From IMG/VR virus record IMGVR_UViG_3300020042_013351, positions 1 to 64,000 of that record: a stretch of DNA of 64,000 bases; one strand, given 5' to 3'. Made by a program: the position numbers and the translations under genes. The DNA is from a virus (lineage: Duplodnaviria; Caudoviricetes). Shown here piece after piece: positions 10,473 through 20,730 of the stretch (position 1 is its first letter; every line of letters begins with the position of its first letter). A model generated the notes under the pieces. It saw nothing but the letters and a program-made list of their open reading frames with translations, did not search any database and was not told the origin of the DNA.

Positions 10473-12341
10473 GTGACTGATTACAACATCAACAAATTTG
10501 CATTTACAGCTGGTTCTGAGTTTACTTTGGATGATGCATCATACATTGGGTATTACAACATCAAGAATAATGCTGCATACACAGGCAGATTGTATGCATC
10601 TGACTCACAATTGCTGCAATCCAGCAATGTAATTGGATCAGATGTAGCATTATCAGTGTTTTTTAAAGACAGAATACCTACAAGTAAACTGTCTTTGCCG
10701 TATGATTACAGAGACATTGAGTTGCCACCAGGTGAAACACTCAATGCTCGCATATTCAATGACAGACTATACAAGATATATCAGAACTTCTTGTATACAT
10801 ACACCAAATGTTTCATGCCATACAACATTGATCCTTACAATCCTGTGAGTGTTGCAGCAACCAGACAAGGTGCTTTTGCATGGCAAACCAACTACAAATC
10901 AGCATCATTTGCAGCATTGCCAGCAGGCATTGGCATTGACAGTTTCAATCAATCTTCCAAGATCATTGCTGTTGCATACACCAGACAACTCAACAAATAT
11001 GCATTAATTGCTGCATTTCCAGGCAGCAGCACAGTCAACAGCACATTGTATTTGATTGATGTTGGTGATCCAACAATTGATTTGCAGAATATTCCAGCTG
11101 CTCAAGGTGCATTGTCTTATGATTACATTGATGTTATTGACAACAAATATAAAAACATCACAGGTTTAGCAGTTTGCAACAACTTTTTGTTTGTGTGTGA
11201 TCAAGGCAACAATCAGATTTACAAGTACAATGTAGCAGATTTGCTCAATCAAGATAGATTGCCTGACTTTAAACGTGTATTTGTTGAGTCCATTGGTGGC
11301 ATTGGCACTTTGACTGATATATCCAAGTTCAATGCACCAGACAAAGTGTATGCATTTGATGCACTGCAACGAGTCTTTGTATGTGATGCTGGCAACAAGT
11401 GCATCAAGGTGTATGATACCAACTTTATTCATCAAAGAACGCTGTCATACCCTCGTAATACCAACTATTATACACAGAGCATTGCTTTCTTTGAACCACA
11501 GCAACTGATTTTTGTGTTGGTGTATGATGCATCTGCTGAATCTTACTTTATCAACATCTATGATGCATCTTTGCAGATCATTGAAACACAAAATGTAACT
11601 GCAGCTGGCACTGTTCAAGGTTTGCGCAAGGAGAAATTCAAAGAGTTGTACTTCTCACAAAATGATTCCAATGTTTTGTACATGGTTGCAGAGCAATACA
11701 TATACAAAGTGTATCTCAGTACATTGCAATCCTTCAGCAAATGGCTGCCATACGTTTTAAGCAATGCACAACTCAAGCAACAACCAGATGCAGGCTACAT
11801 TGATGCAACCATTATACCCAGCAACAATAATTATGACATAGTCTTTGCATATGGATGCACACTTTCAGCCAATTACACTGGTCCAGTGGACAGAGTTTGG
11901 TTTGCACAAGACAGAGTTTCCTTGAACAGTGTTGTTGCTGACAGAGTTGTTAGTTTTTATACACTTGACAACTTTGGCATCAATGACAGTGAGTTTTTAC
12001 AAGCATTTGTCATCAACAAAGAGCTGTTCAAAATGACATACAACATTTTTACACTGAGAAATCTCATTCGCGGCAAGTTTGCTATCAAGTTTGATGTTGC
12101 AAACAATGTTGTAGCTGACAACTATGCAGCATTATCAGATGCTGAAGTTGATGTTTTGCGTGTGGATTACAAACAAAACATGTTTGTGCATGAAAATGAA
12201 TGCATGGAAAATATAGATGCGCTCAACAGAGCATTTGAAAAAATCTACAACATTCAACAAGGTTTGATAACTGTGGTTGATGCTGTTTACAACAACATTG
12301 CATTTTCAACAACACCAGGAACAACTGCTGTTGTGTTATAA
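10473..12341 (+). CDS. NHL-repeat beta-propeller virion protein
   Basis: LFVCDQGNNQIYKY and FNAP...VFVCDAGNKCIKVYD repeats; GTG start 5 nt after TAAATA. Confidence 0.6.
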   Translation: MTDYNINKFAFTAGSEFTLDDASYIGYYNIKNNAAYTGRLYASDSQLLQSSNVIGSDVALSVFFKDRIPTSKLSLPYDYRDIELPPGETLNARIFNDRLYKIYQNFLYTYTKCFMPYNIDPYNPVSVAATRQGAFAWQTNYKSASFAALPAGIGIDSFNQSSKIIAVAYTRQLNKYALIAAFPGSSTVNSTLYLIDVGDPTIDLQNIPAAQGALSYDYIDVIDNKYKNITGLAVCNNFLFVCDQGNNQIYKYNVADLLNQDRLPDFKRVFVESIGGIGTLTDISKFNAPDKVYAFDALQRVFVCDAGNKCIKVYDTNFIHQRTLSYPRNTNYYTQSIAFFEPQQLIFVLVYDASAESYFINIYDASLQIIETQNVTAAGTVQGLRKEKFKELYFSQNDSNVLYMVAEQYIYKVYLSTLQSFSKWLPYVLSNAQLKQQPDAGYIDATIIPSNNNYDIVFAYGCTLSANYTGPVDRVWFAQDRVSLNSVVADRVVSFYTLDNFGINDSEFLQAFVINKELFKMTYNIFTLRNLIRGKFAIKFDVANNVVADNYAALSDAEVDVLRVDYKQNMFVHENECMENIDALNRAFEKIYNIQQGLITVVDAVYNNIAFSTTPGTTAVVL

Positions 12342-12344
12342 ATA
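12337..12344 (+). promoter_or_regulatory. T4 late promoter TATAAATA
   Basis: Perfect T4 late consensus, 5 nt before ATG 12350. Confidence 0.75.
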
Positions 12345-12349
12345 ACAGC

Positions 12350-13312
12350 ATGAGTTTACCACTCTCCAGCATAGTTTTAGGTGGCTTCACCAATGGCGAC
12401 AATTACTACTACATCAATGATTTGACGTGGTCTTTGCAATACAGCATTTGTGGACAATCTGGTGCACAAGCAGGCATCTGCACTGCACTGTATACTAGTG
12501 TCATGGCAGATGCAAGTGGACTGCAGGGTGGGCCAGGCAAAGCCATGGGATTTTCACCCAGCATTGATTACAGTGGCATCAGTAAAGATGGCATCAATGA
12601 TACCATAATAACCATTGCCATTGATAGTTTGGGTGCTTATGCACTGACTGATGCATTGATTCCTGGAACTGCTGATTTGTATACCAATGGAGACCCAACC
12701 AGTGGTCTCAATGTTGATGTTTTGTCACGCGGCACATACATAACCATCAGAGACAAAGACTATTTCATCATTGATTCAGTGCCAGTTGACTACAACATGT
12801 CAACAACATTGCAGCAATTCAAAACTTTGCGGTTCAGACTCACCAATGGTGGAAACAGTCTCATTGTAAGCACACTAAACTCGCAAAATGATTACATAGA
12901 TTTAGCCAATATAGATGTAAATTTGCAGCCTGCATTGCTGGATCAGTGCAAAGTTGGCGTTGTTTATGCTTCTCCCTTGGTAAACAATGCTGTTGCACCA
13001 GCACGATTTGATGTGCAGCGTTATCATATTCAAGGTGCAGATGTTGCTCCAACTTCTGTAGCACTTGTTGAGCCATTGCAGGTTCTTTCATTGCCGTTCA
13101 TTAATCCTGTATCACTCAGCATTGTACCTGTTGGCTCAGCTCTACCTCCAAGCCCGCCTGAGACACCTAGATCAAACATCAGTAATCTCTCACTTACTGC
13201 TATTGCTGCTTCTGCATCTTACATTGCACCAACATTTGCATTGTCTGCATTTGTGACCAATGATACTGATCTAACACAAGTCATTACTTATGACAATACC
13301 ATAACCGACTAA
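12350..13312 (+). CDS. L-type (legume) lectin-like virion protein
   Basis: GICTALY...GGPGKAMGFS...ITIAIDS pattern; Pro-rich C-terminal linker. Confidence 0.4.
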   Translation: MSLPLSSIVLGGFTNGDNYYYINDLTWSLQYSICGQSGAQAGICTALYTSVMADASGLQGGPGKAMGFSPSIDYSGISKDGINDTIITIAIDSLGAYALTDALIPGTADLYTNGDPTSGLNVDVLSRGTYITIRDKDYFIIDSVPVDYNMSTTLQQFKTLRFRLTNGGNSLIVSTLNSQNDYIDLANIDVNLQPALLDQCKVGVVYASPLVNNAVAPARFDVQRYHIQGADVAPTSVALVEPLQVLSLPFINPVSLSIVPVGSALPPSPPETPRSNISNLSLTAIAASASYIAPTFALSAFVTNDTDLTQVITYDNTITD

Positions 13313-13314
13313 TT

Positions 13315-15312
13315 ATGCCCAACAGAATTTACACAACCATTGAAAATTTGCCAAATGCACAATCATTGGCTCTGAGCAGTCAGTTGGCAATTCACAAAGG
13401 CATTGATTCTTTTGCATTGCATTTGTCAACAATGAATGCATTGATGCGCAACGCTATCAATCCTCCACTGTCTGCTCAACTGGATAGTTTGAGCTCCACT
13501 GCATATCCTGCAATTACAGCATTGATGCCATTGTCTGGTAGCAAGCTGACTGGTTTTGTATCACTGCATACAGTAGAACCATTGGATGCATTGCATATTG
13601 CAAGCAAAAGATATGTGGATAATGCAGATGCATTGCATATTGCAGTTGCTGGTGATGCATTGACTGGATTTTTGTCTGCTCATGCTGATCCTAATACTGG
13701 TGCAGAGGCAGCTCGTAAACAATATGTTGATGCAAGGGATAACAACATTGATTACATCATTGGTGTCAACTTCAGCGGGTTCAAAGTATCAAGATTTGCA
13801 TTCAGTGAAAGAAATCAAGCTGTAGATGCTGGTTTTGCTGGCAAGTTTTTTGTAGTAGACAACAGCAACAGACTCAAATTTATAGGTTCAGATGGTGCAC
13901 TGTATGCTGGTGGCGGAACTGGTCCTTTCAATCAAAGATTTGCAGATGCAGTTGTGTGCACTGTTCCGTTTGTTTCCAGTGGTGAATATGCAATCAGTGC
14001 AGCAGGTGATGCAAATTTCAGCATAATTTTATCCAATTATGGATATGTTTATACAACAGGCTCTAATGCTAACGGACAATTGGGCAATGGTACAACTGTT
14101 GATAGACTCACATGGGATATAATCAATCCTGCATATTTCAGTGAACCAGTTGCAAAAATCTTTCTATCTGATGCAACAAACGAACTCAACAGCAAAACAG
14201 GCATACTGGCGATCACACTCAGTGGAAATTTGTATGGATGGGGTGCCAATGACAATCATCAGTTGTCTCTTTCAGCAGCAGCTTTTTATACAACTCCAAG
14301 ACTCATCAATACGCCACTCAATACACATGGTGGATCCATTAAGAATGTCAAAATAAAAGATGCAATGTTGACTGGCAGAGGCAATGCACTTGCTCAGTTT
14401 TCTGCTGTAATAGATGCAAACAATCAAGTGCATGCAGTAGGCAATGGCAATGCAATGTTGCCCATTGGCGCAAAAACTAGTGGAATATCTACAAGTTTCA
14501 GTGCATGCAAAGTCATTATTTCTGGATATACAGAAGTTGATATGACTGCTGATGCAATTTATGGCAGTGGCAGTTCCAATATATATGCTATCAAAGCTGG
14601 TCAACTGTATGCTGCAGGCACCAATGTACATGGCCAGCTGCTCAATGGTCTCAATGCTGCTACATCCAAAAGATTCACCAAATGTCAATTGGCAGAGGGT
14701 GTTGACTTAGATGGAAATGCTGTAAGACAGAGAGTTGCTGGTGATATTGCATTTGTAAAAACCGTTGCAGGTAACGACAATGTAGGCAACTACACAACTG
14801 TGTATGTTGTAACCAACAGCGGGCAAGTGTACAGCGGTGGATACAATAGAATAGCAAGTGGACATGCCAGAGCCATTGCATCTCGTTCTAAATTTCTCAA
14901 AGCTGCAATACCAGTTGCAACATTGGCTGCAAAAAACATTGTACAACTCAAAGCATGCAATTCTAATTTTGATCGCTCTGTGTGCATTGTACAAGATGCA
15001 CTGGGCAATTTGTATGCAGCTGGATTGAATAATTATGGTGTTTGTGGCAATGGTACTCTCAAAACAACAGATGGCTTTGCATTGGTAATAGCACCCAACA
15101 ATGTTGTATGGAGTGATTACATTGTGATGTGCTCCAAAACATCCAAGTTTACAATCAATGAACCTCACGCTCATGCATATACAACTTCTGGTGAACTGTA
15201 CAGCTGGGGACACAGTGTATTTGGAGAGTGTGGTTTGCCTGTACAATATGGCGTAGGCACAGCTTCTACTAATGATGCTATTTCTATGCCCATCAAAACC
15301 AGCATTGCATAA
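13315..15312 (+). CDS. Tail-fibre/receptor-binding protein with RCC1-like repeats (paralog A)
   Basis: ASKRYVD and ARKQYVD fibre motifs; VYTTGSNANGQLGNG, LYGWGANDNHQL, LYSWGHSVFGECG repeats. Confidence 0.7.
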   Translation: MPNRIYTTIENLPNAQSLALSSQLAIHKGIDSFALHLSTMNALMRNAINPPLSAQLDSLSSTAYPAITALMPLSGSKLTGFVSLHTVEPLDALHIASKRYVDNADALHIAVAGDALTGFLSAHADPNTGAEAARKQYVDARDNNIDYIIGVNFSGFKVSRFAFSERNQAVDAGFAGKFFVVDNSNRLKFIGSDGALYAGGGTGPFNQRFADAVVCTVPFVSSGEYAISAAGDANFSIILSNYGYVYTTGSNANGQLGNGTTVDRLTWDIINPAYFSEPVAKIFLSDATNELNSKTGILAITLSGNLYGWGANDNHQLSLSAAAFYTTPRLINTPLNTHGGSIKNVKIKDAMLTGRGNALAQFSAVIDANNQVHAVGNGNAMLPIGAKTSGISTSFSACKVIISGYTEVDMTADAIYGSGSSNIYAIKAGQLYAAGTNVHGQLLNGLNAATSKRFTKCQLAEGVDLDGNAVRQRVAGDIAFVKTVAGNDNVGNYTTVYVVTNSGQVYSGGYNRIASGHARAIASRSKFLKAAIPVATLAAKNIVQLKACNSNFDRSVCIVQDALGNLYAAGLNNYGVCGNGTLKTTDGFALVIAPNNVVWSDYIVMCSKTSKFTINEPHAHAYTTSGELYSWGHSVFGECGLPVQYGVGTASTNDAISMPIKTSIA

Positions 15313-15320
15313 ATAAAATT

Positions 15321-17513
15321 ATGTCTACCCCACTTGTAACAATCAATCAACTCAGCGCAGCCAGCACCATTGTTGGAACAGAGCTGACTCCAGTGTATCA
15401 AAATGCAAATACATTCAGAACAGACATCAACAGCATAGTCGATTTTGCCAGCAGTGTAATAACTCCACCTCTGAGCGCTGCAACACAAATTTTAAGCAGC
15501 AATGTATTCACACAAATTGGTTTAAGATTGCCATTGGCTGGTGGCACCATGACTGGCTATATTACAGCCAATGCTGATCCTACCCTACCATTGCATGCAG
15601 CTACCAAGCAGTATGTAGATGCAGCTGATGCATTGCGTGTACCATTGAGTGGTGGAACCATGACAGGATTCTTGTCTGTAAATGCACCTCCCATCAGATC
15701 TGTTGAAGTAGCAAACAAACAATACGTAGACTCTCTGTTTGCTACCAGTACAGCAGCTGCTGTTGAATTGATTCGTGGAGCCAAAGCATCTAAATTTTTG
15801 TACGGTTTTCCTTTTGAAGGTGGTGCTGTGAGTCAAGGAACTCGTGGTAAATTTTTCTATTTGGATGGACTCAATCGTTTGAGAATGAGTGGCAGAGATG
15901 GAAATAATGTTATTACAGGTGATTTGCGTTCCAACGTTTATGGTGGTGGCGGCACTGGTCAGTCGTACAGTACAACATTCAATGCATTTATAAACACTGT
16001 AGTTCCTATTCAAATGGAAACCAATGAATATGCTGTGAGTGCAGTTGGAATTGGTGCTGCTTCTTTCTTGATGACCAACAAAGGCAACATTTACAGTACA
16101 GGTCAGAATTCAATTACTACTTCAGAAATTAGGAGTAATACATCAAATGGAATTTTAGGCATCAATGATACTGCAACGCCTTATTTTGCAACATGGCAAA
16201 AAATTTCTAATTCTGCTTTTGGTGGTGCATCTGCAGTGCAAATTGCAGCAACAGAAGTAATACAAGGATTTACAAGACCACGCGGTCAAGTTGCAGTCAT
16301 TGATTCCAATGGCAAAGGATATGCATGGGGCAGCAACAATTTTAATCAAATTTTGGATGCAACATCAAATATTGTTGCTTATCCTGCTGTTTTGAGTGGT
16401 GGTAGTTTGGGTCAGAATACATTGAAGCAGGTTTTGCCAGCAAATAGTGCAATATTTGTCATTGATTCTAGCAACAGAGTACATGTTCGAGGCAATGGAA
16501 AAGCTTTAATAGGTGGCGCGGATTCTGGATGGCAACCTGGAGTTAATAATGGAGCATCATATGCTCGATTTATGGCATTGAATAGTACCACTGTAGGTGC
16601 CGTTACTTTTTCTGCATGTTATTTTGCACCGCCAGGTGGAGTTGCAACATTGGGTATGACAGCTGATAGACTTTACATCAATGGTGCAGTTGGCAATGGA
16701 GAGATTGGAACATATACATATAAAAGTGGTAATGATGATGATAACAACATAGCTACAATGTCTGTTAATAATTATGCACATGCAACTACTTTTGCACTCA
16801 CTGCAGGCAAAATTTGGGCAACTGGATACAATTATTATGGTCAATGTGCACAGTTGACTCAAAGTAATATTCTATCTACATTTAGACCTGTATTATCTGC
16901 TGCTAATGCACCACTCATGGGCAACTTCAAATCAATTTATCCAAGTTGGTCTGGAGGAGTCTTGGCAGTTGAAGACAATGGACGCACATGGGGATGGGGT
17001 TGGAGAAAAAACATTGGGTTGCCAGGCACTGGCACTTTTGCAACTTCTGCCAGCATTGTACCTTCTTTGTCAAATTACAATGTTAAAAAAATCATCAATG
17101 CAACAGCAAATAAAAATGCATCCAATCCTGCATGTGTTGCAATTACTACAAATGGAATGGTATTTGCAACTGGCAGCAATAAATATGGCATCAATGGTCA
17201 AGGTACTATCACACCAAAAGGTGCAGGAGCAGATACATGGCTGCAAGTTAAATTGCCTGCAGGTGTATCTGCAATTGATGTCAATTACAGTGCATTTCTA
17301 TTTTCAACTACAGATGATGGGGATGATGATTTATACGTTTCAAATGTCCCCAGTATGTTTTTATTGACAACTGACTCACCTGAAAAGACCCTGTATGATA
17401 TATATGCTTTTGGAACCAATGAAGGTTTTACATTGGGATTAAATCAAATGACAAATTCAGGCATTGGCAGAAACGTTGTATCTTTACCCATCAAAGTATC
17501 AATTAATTTGTAA
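15321..17513 (+). CDS. Tail-fibre/receptor-binding protein with RCC1-like repeats (paralog B)
   Basis: AATKQYVD and ANKQYVD motifs; YAWGSNNFNQI, IWATGYNYYGQC, FATGSNKYGING repeats; TAAATA at 15310..15315. Confidence 0.7.
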   Translation: MSTPLVTINQLSAASTIVGTELTPVYQNANTFRTDINSIVDFASSVITPPLSAATQILSSNVFTQIGLRLPLAGGTMTGYITANADPTLPLHAATKQYVDAADALRVPLSGGTMTGFLSVNAPPIRSVEVANKQYVDSLFATSTAAAVELIRGAKASKFLYGFPFEGGAVSQGTRGKFFYLDGLNRLRMSGRDGNNVITGDLRSNVYGGGGTGQSYSTTFNAFINTVVPIQMETNEYAVSAVGIGAASFLMTNKGNIYSTGQNSITTSEIRSNTSNGILGINDTATPYFATWQKISNSAFGGASAVQIAATEVIQGFTRPRGQVAVIDSNGKGYAWGSNNFNQILDATSNIVAYPAVLSGGSLGQNTLKQVLPANSAIFVIDSSNRVHVRGNGKALIGGADSGWQPGVNNGASYARFMALNSTTVGAVTFSACYFAPPGGVATLGMTADRLYINGAVGNGEIGTYTYKSGNDDDNNIATMSVNNYAHATTFALTAGKIWATGYNYYGQCAQLTQSNILSTFRPVLSAANAPLMGNFKSIYPSWSGGVLAVEDNGRTWGWGWRKNIGLPGTGTFATSASIVPSLSNYNVKKIINATANKNASNPACVAITTNGMVFATGSNKYGINGQGTITPKGAGADTWLQVKLPAGVSAIDVNYSAFLFSTTDDGDDDLYVSNVPSMFLLTTDSPEKTLYDIYAFGTNEGFTLGLNQMTNSGIGRNVVSLPIKVSINL

Positions 17514-17768
17514 TTGTACAGCAGCGTTCTCAATGGCAATTTCACATTTGAGATCATACAACATGGAATGATACCGCTCTTTGATGTATTTGCCAAATGC
17601 AATGGGATTCACCCAGTCTATTTCATCTGGATCCACTTGCATGTCAGCCATCTTCTGATCTACAACTGAAATTGCTTCTGCCAAACACATCCAACGTGCT
17701 TTCTCCTCCATGGACATGTTGATGCTTTGACTGGCAATGGTTTGCTTAGTTTGTTTTTTGTTTTTCAT
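17499..17768 (-). CDS. Hypothetical protein (weak resemblance to gp33 late coactivator)
   Basis: 89-aa helical ORF coupled to the upstream gene. Confidence 0.45.
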   Translation of the reverse strand: MKNKKQTKQTIASQSINMSMEEKARWMCLAEAISVVDQKMADMQVDPDEIDWVNPIAFGKYIKERYHSMLYDLKCEIAIENAAVQLQIN

Positions 17769-18168
17769 AGCCTGATGTTATATACCCTGACATTATAGCC
17801 AAGATTTCAGGTTCTGTCAACTGTTTCCCATGACTTGCAGCAAAGAATTGCCACACTGTTTGCAGAAGTTTGAGCAAAAGTGCAGCCTTCTCACTGAACA
17901 TTGGGTCATTTTCTTTGCATTTGATGCTTTCAACAATTGCAGCATGCAAATTTTCAATGGTTTGAGATTTGCCATACAGTCTTCCAATGTTGAAGTGTGT
18001 TTCAACATTGTTGAGCCTGGCCCATTGCATCAAATCACGCAAACCAGCATCAACTTGAGGCACCACTGCCGGCAGTGGTTGTGTAATGGAACTTGCAACA
18101 GTTGTTGCAGCATTGTACAAATGACTTTGCATAACATCATGCAGCTGATTTTGTGTAAGATTATTCAT
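17746..18168 (-). CDS. Hypothetical protein
   Basis: Start set at MNNLTQ, which overlaps the stop of the upstream gene. Confidence 0.5.
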   Translation of the reverse strand: MNNLTQNQLHDVMQSHLYNAATTVASSITQPLPAVVPQVDAGLRDLMQWARLNNVETHFNIGRLYGKSQTIENLHAAIVESIKCKENDPMFSEKAALLLKLLQTVWQFFAASHGKQLTEPEILAIMSGYITSGYEKQKTN

Positions 18169-18604
18169 TTGCATTGTGTTCAGTGACTTTTTGCTGCATT
18201 TTTTGCAACACATCATTGTGAGATGTATCCAAATCAAGTATCTGAGTTGGCAAAATGGTACTCACAGAGACTTTGCAATTGATCAACTTGTCACACATAG
18301 CACAGTTGTAGTAATTTTGTCTGTTGAAGAACAATGGCACTGTTTGCTCAATGTTGCGTTCACATGGGCATGCTAGCTTCATGGTCTGCTTGTTGATCTC
18401 AGTTATTCTATCATTTGCAATCTGCTCAAATTCCTTTTGGCTCCTGTATTGCAAAAACGTATTAAAAATTCCACCAAGCACAAAGTGTAAAACAAGGGAC
18501 AATCCAAAGCCTCCAGGGAAGCCCAATGGAGAATTCAACGTACACAAGCCAACAAACGCGCTTATCAATACAGTAACCACAATGGGCACCAACATAGTTT
18601 TCAT
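18161..18604 (-). CDS. Membrane protein with C-terminal Cys cluster
   Basis: Two hydrophobic N-terminal segments, then CPC...CAMC. Confidence 0.6.
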   Translation of the reverse strand: MKTMLVPIVVTVLISAFVGLCTLNSPLGFPGGFGLSLVLHFVLGGIFNTFLQYRSQKEFEQIANDRITEINKQTMKLACPCERNIEQTVPLFFNRQNYYNCAMCDKLINCKVSVSTILPTQILDLDTSHNDVLQKMQQKVTEHNANE

Positions 18605-18630
18605 GCTGGTAGTTATTCAGGTCATGCAAT

Positions 18631-19023
18631 TTATCCAGATATAGTAATTTTATCCAACAATTTTCTCAGGCTGATGGAATCACTAGTAGTATTGGAGTCA
18701 CTGGGACCAGCAATGATGTCCAGAATTTTGTTGATTTGATGCAACATGATTTTGACTGTTCTCTTTTGAGACTCTTTGAGAGCAGGATTGCTGAGTGACG
18801 TTCTGAGACTGCTCTTGGCTTCTGCTGCATTGATGTATGTATTGCCAATGAATTCGTGCAAATTTTGCAATTCAAATACAGTTACAGGATTGCTGGCAGG
18901 TGTATCCATTTTGCTGCCATCAAAATCTCTGTATTCCAAAGGTTTCAATGAACCATCACGAACACCAGCCATTTTTGTTTGACCAGATACCTGGCGTTTG
19001 TAATCTTTTATTGACTGATCCAT
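18631..19023 (-). CDS. Hypothetical late protein
   Basis: 130 aa; minus-strand TAAATA at 19031..19036. Confidence 0.55.
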   Translation of the reverse strand: MDQSIKDYKRQVSGQTKMAGVRDGSLKPLEYRDFDGSKMDTPASNPVTVFELQNLHEFIGNTYINAAEAKSSLRTSLSNPALKESQKRTVKIMLHQINKILDIIAGPSDSNTTSDSISLRKLLDKITISG

Positions 19024-19063
19024 GTTCTTTTATTTATTCTACCGCATAAATATAAATAAGCAT

Positions 19064-19510
19064 ATGTCAAATAGAATCTTCGCAAAAATGTTCAGAGTTG
19101 TCTTGGAACAAGATCAACAGCAAACAGGTGAACCAGCTGATGCACCAGAACAAATGACTGATGCACAAGCTGCTCAATCACAACTTGGTGGTGGTACACA
19201 AGTGTCTGAACTTGGTGCTGATATGAATCAACAAGCTGTAGAGATGTCTGCCAAACAGCAGCAAGCAATGAATACAAGGCTGGAACAATGGATGGATCAA
19301 GTGGGTGAGATGGTACAATATCTCAACAGCACCAATGGTGAATCTATTCAAAACGTTTTATCCAAAGCCATTCCTGATACACTGTTTGATAAAATCAAAA
19401 AAGGTGAAAGCAAGCGCATTGCTCGTGTTGCAGAAGAACTTGCAGGCCTGCAACAGTCATTTGCAGGTTACAGAGCCACCAGCAACAATCCTTCTTACAA
19501 GTACGTATAA
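19064..19510 (+). CDS. Hypothetical late protein, candidate internal head protein
   Basis: TATAAATA at 19051..19058, 5 nt before ATG; MSNRIFAKMFRVVLE start, then an acidic Q-rich segment. Confidence 0.6.
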   Translation: MSNRIFAKMFRVVLEQDQQQTGEPADAPEQMTDAQAAQSQLGGGTQVSELGADMNQQAVEMSAKQQQAMNTRLEQWMDQVGEMVQYLNSTNGESIQNVLSKAIPDTLFDKIKKGESKRIARVAEELAGLQQSFAGYRATSNNPSYKYV

Positions 19511-20530
19511 CTAGTTGATGGTCTTGAGCATAATTTCTGCTTGAAGACCTTTGACACAGTGTTGTTTGATAAAATTGTGTGAGATGCTGTTGATGCTGTA
19601 TTTGAGCGCAACATCATTGAAGTCTTTGCAGGTGGTGCCAATGTTTTTAGGCCAGATGTATACAGTCTCACCTGCATCAATGAGTTTCTGAGTTTTGAGT
19701 CTGCTGGCATTGTCCAGCCATTGAGAATCAAGTACCCAATTGAAATTGTAAAATCCACTGATGCTGTTGATTTGCATCTGTTGTCGAGATGAGTACATTT
19801 GCATGCTTTTTTCTTGAATGCCTGCTACAGCAATGCCATTTTTAACAAAACAGCAGTCAATGGGGCCTTCAAATACAAACACATCATTGCATGCATTGTC
19901 TATGTTGTTGAAGTTAAAAATTGCACGGTCACCATGTATCTTGCTCATGTATTTGGGACGCTCATCATTTGCATCAACACTGCGAGATTGATAATATATT
20001 ATTTTTCCAGATGCATCAAAAAAGGGTAAGATGAGCCGACCTTTGTGAGTCTCATCTTTGAGACATGCATACAATGCAGTTGATTTGTTGACTGCATTCA
20101 TGAGACCACGAGATAATGCATAATTATAAACTTGTTGCACAGTCTTGTCATGTTTATAATATTCAACTTGATTGAGCTGCATCAAATTGATGCACTCTCC
20201 TGGCAAAGATGGCACCTGCACCTTTTCTTGTTGCTTGGGAATGCTGTTGATGTCAAAAGTATCAAATGACTCGCTGTCATTTTGAATTTCTTGCTTGGTC
20301 ATGCCAGACACTTGCAACAACCATTTGAGAGGCTTGCTGCTCCAACCGCAGTTGTGACAAAAAATGCTTTCTTTGTCAGGAATATAATACAGTCTCTTTT
20401 TGCGCAGCCAACTCTTGCCTTCTCTACAAATGGGACAGGAGCCCTGATAGGTTTTGGTCAACCTATTATACTTGGGGGCTCCTGCGTATTGATAAAACTT
20501 AGTAACTATGTAATGTTGAGGCAATTGCAC
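19511..20530 (-). CDS. DNA primase, T4 gp61-like
   Basis: CPIC...FCHNCG zinc finger; FVFEGPIDCCF TOPRIM motif; CKDFND. Confidence 0.9.
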   Translation of the reverse strand: MQLPQHYIVTKFYQYAGAPKYNRLTKTYQGSCPICREGKSWLRKKRLYYIPDKESIFCHNCGWSSKPLKWLLQVSGMTKQEIQNDSESFDTFDINSIPKQQEKVQVPSLPGECINLMQLNQVEYYKHDKTVQQVYNYALSRGLMNAVNKSTALYACLKDETHKGRLILPFFDASGKIIYYQSRSVDANDERPKYMSKIHGDRAIFNFNNIDNACNDVFVFEGPIDCCFVKNGIAVAGIQEKSMQMYSSRQQMQINSISGFYNFNWVLDSQWLDNASRLKTQKLIDAGETVYIWPKNIGTTCKDFNDVALKYSINSISHNFIKQHCVKGLQAEIMLKTIN

Positions 20531-20543
20531 TCATCAACATATA

Positions 20544-20726
20544 TTACTTTTTGGGTTGTTCAACTTGTTTAATTTCAACTAAACCTCTGTGAAAGAAAGC
20601 ACCACTGGCAGGATCAAACCATTGAGCTTCTACATGGATTTGTTGACCAACTAGTTTTTCTACAATTTTAGGTGTAGACATTTGGCCTGTTGGAGAAACC
20701 ATTTTAACTGGGCGTACGTAATTCAT
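20544..20726 (-). CDS. Small hypothetical protein
   Basis: 60-aa ORF filling the gap in a co-oriented operon. Confidence 0.55.
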   Translation of the reverse strand: MNYVRPVKMVSPTGQMSTPKIVEKLVGQQIHVEAQWFDPASGAFFHRGLVEIKQVEQPKK

Positions 20727-20730
20727 ATTG

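Noticed and set aside
4080-17513. Giant eukaryotic virus origin suggested by RCC1 repeats and glycan genes
   Set aside because: gp55, gp32, gp41, gp61, gp46/47, UvsX/W/Y and TATAAATA promoters identify a T4-like bacteriophage.
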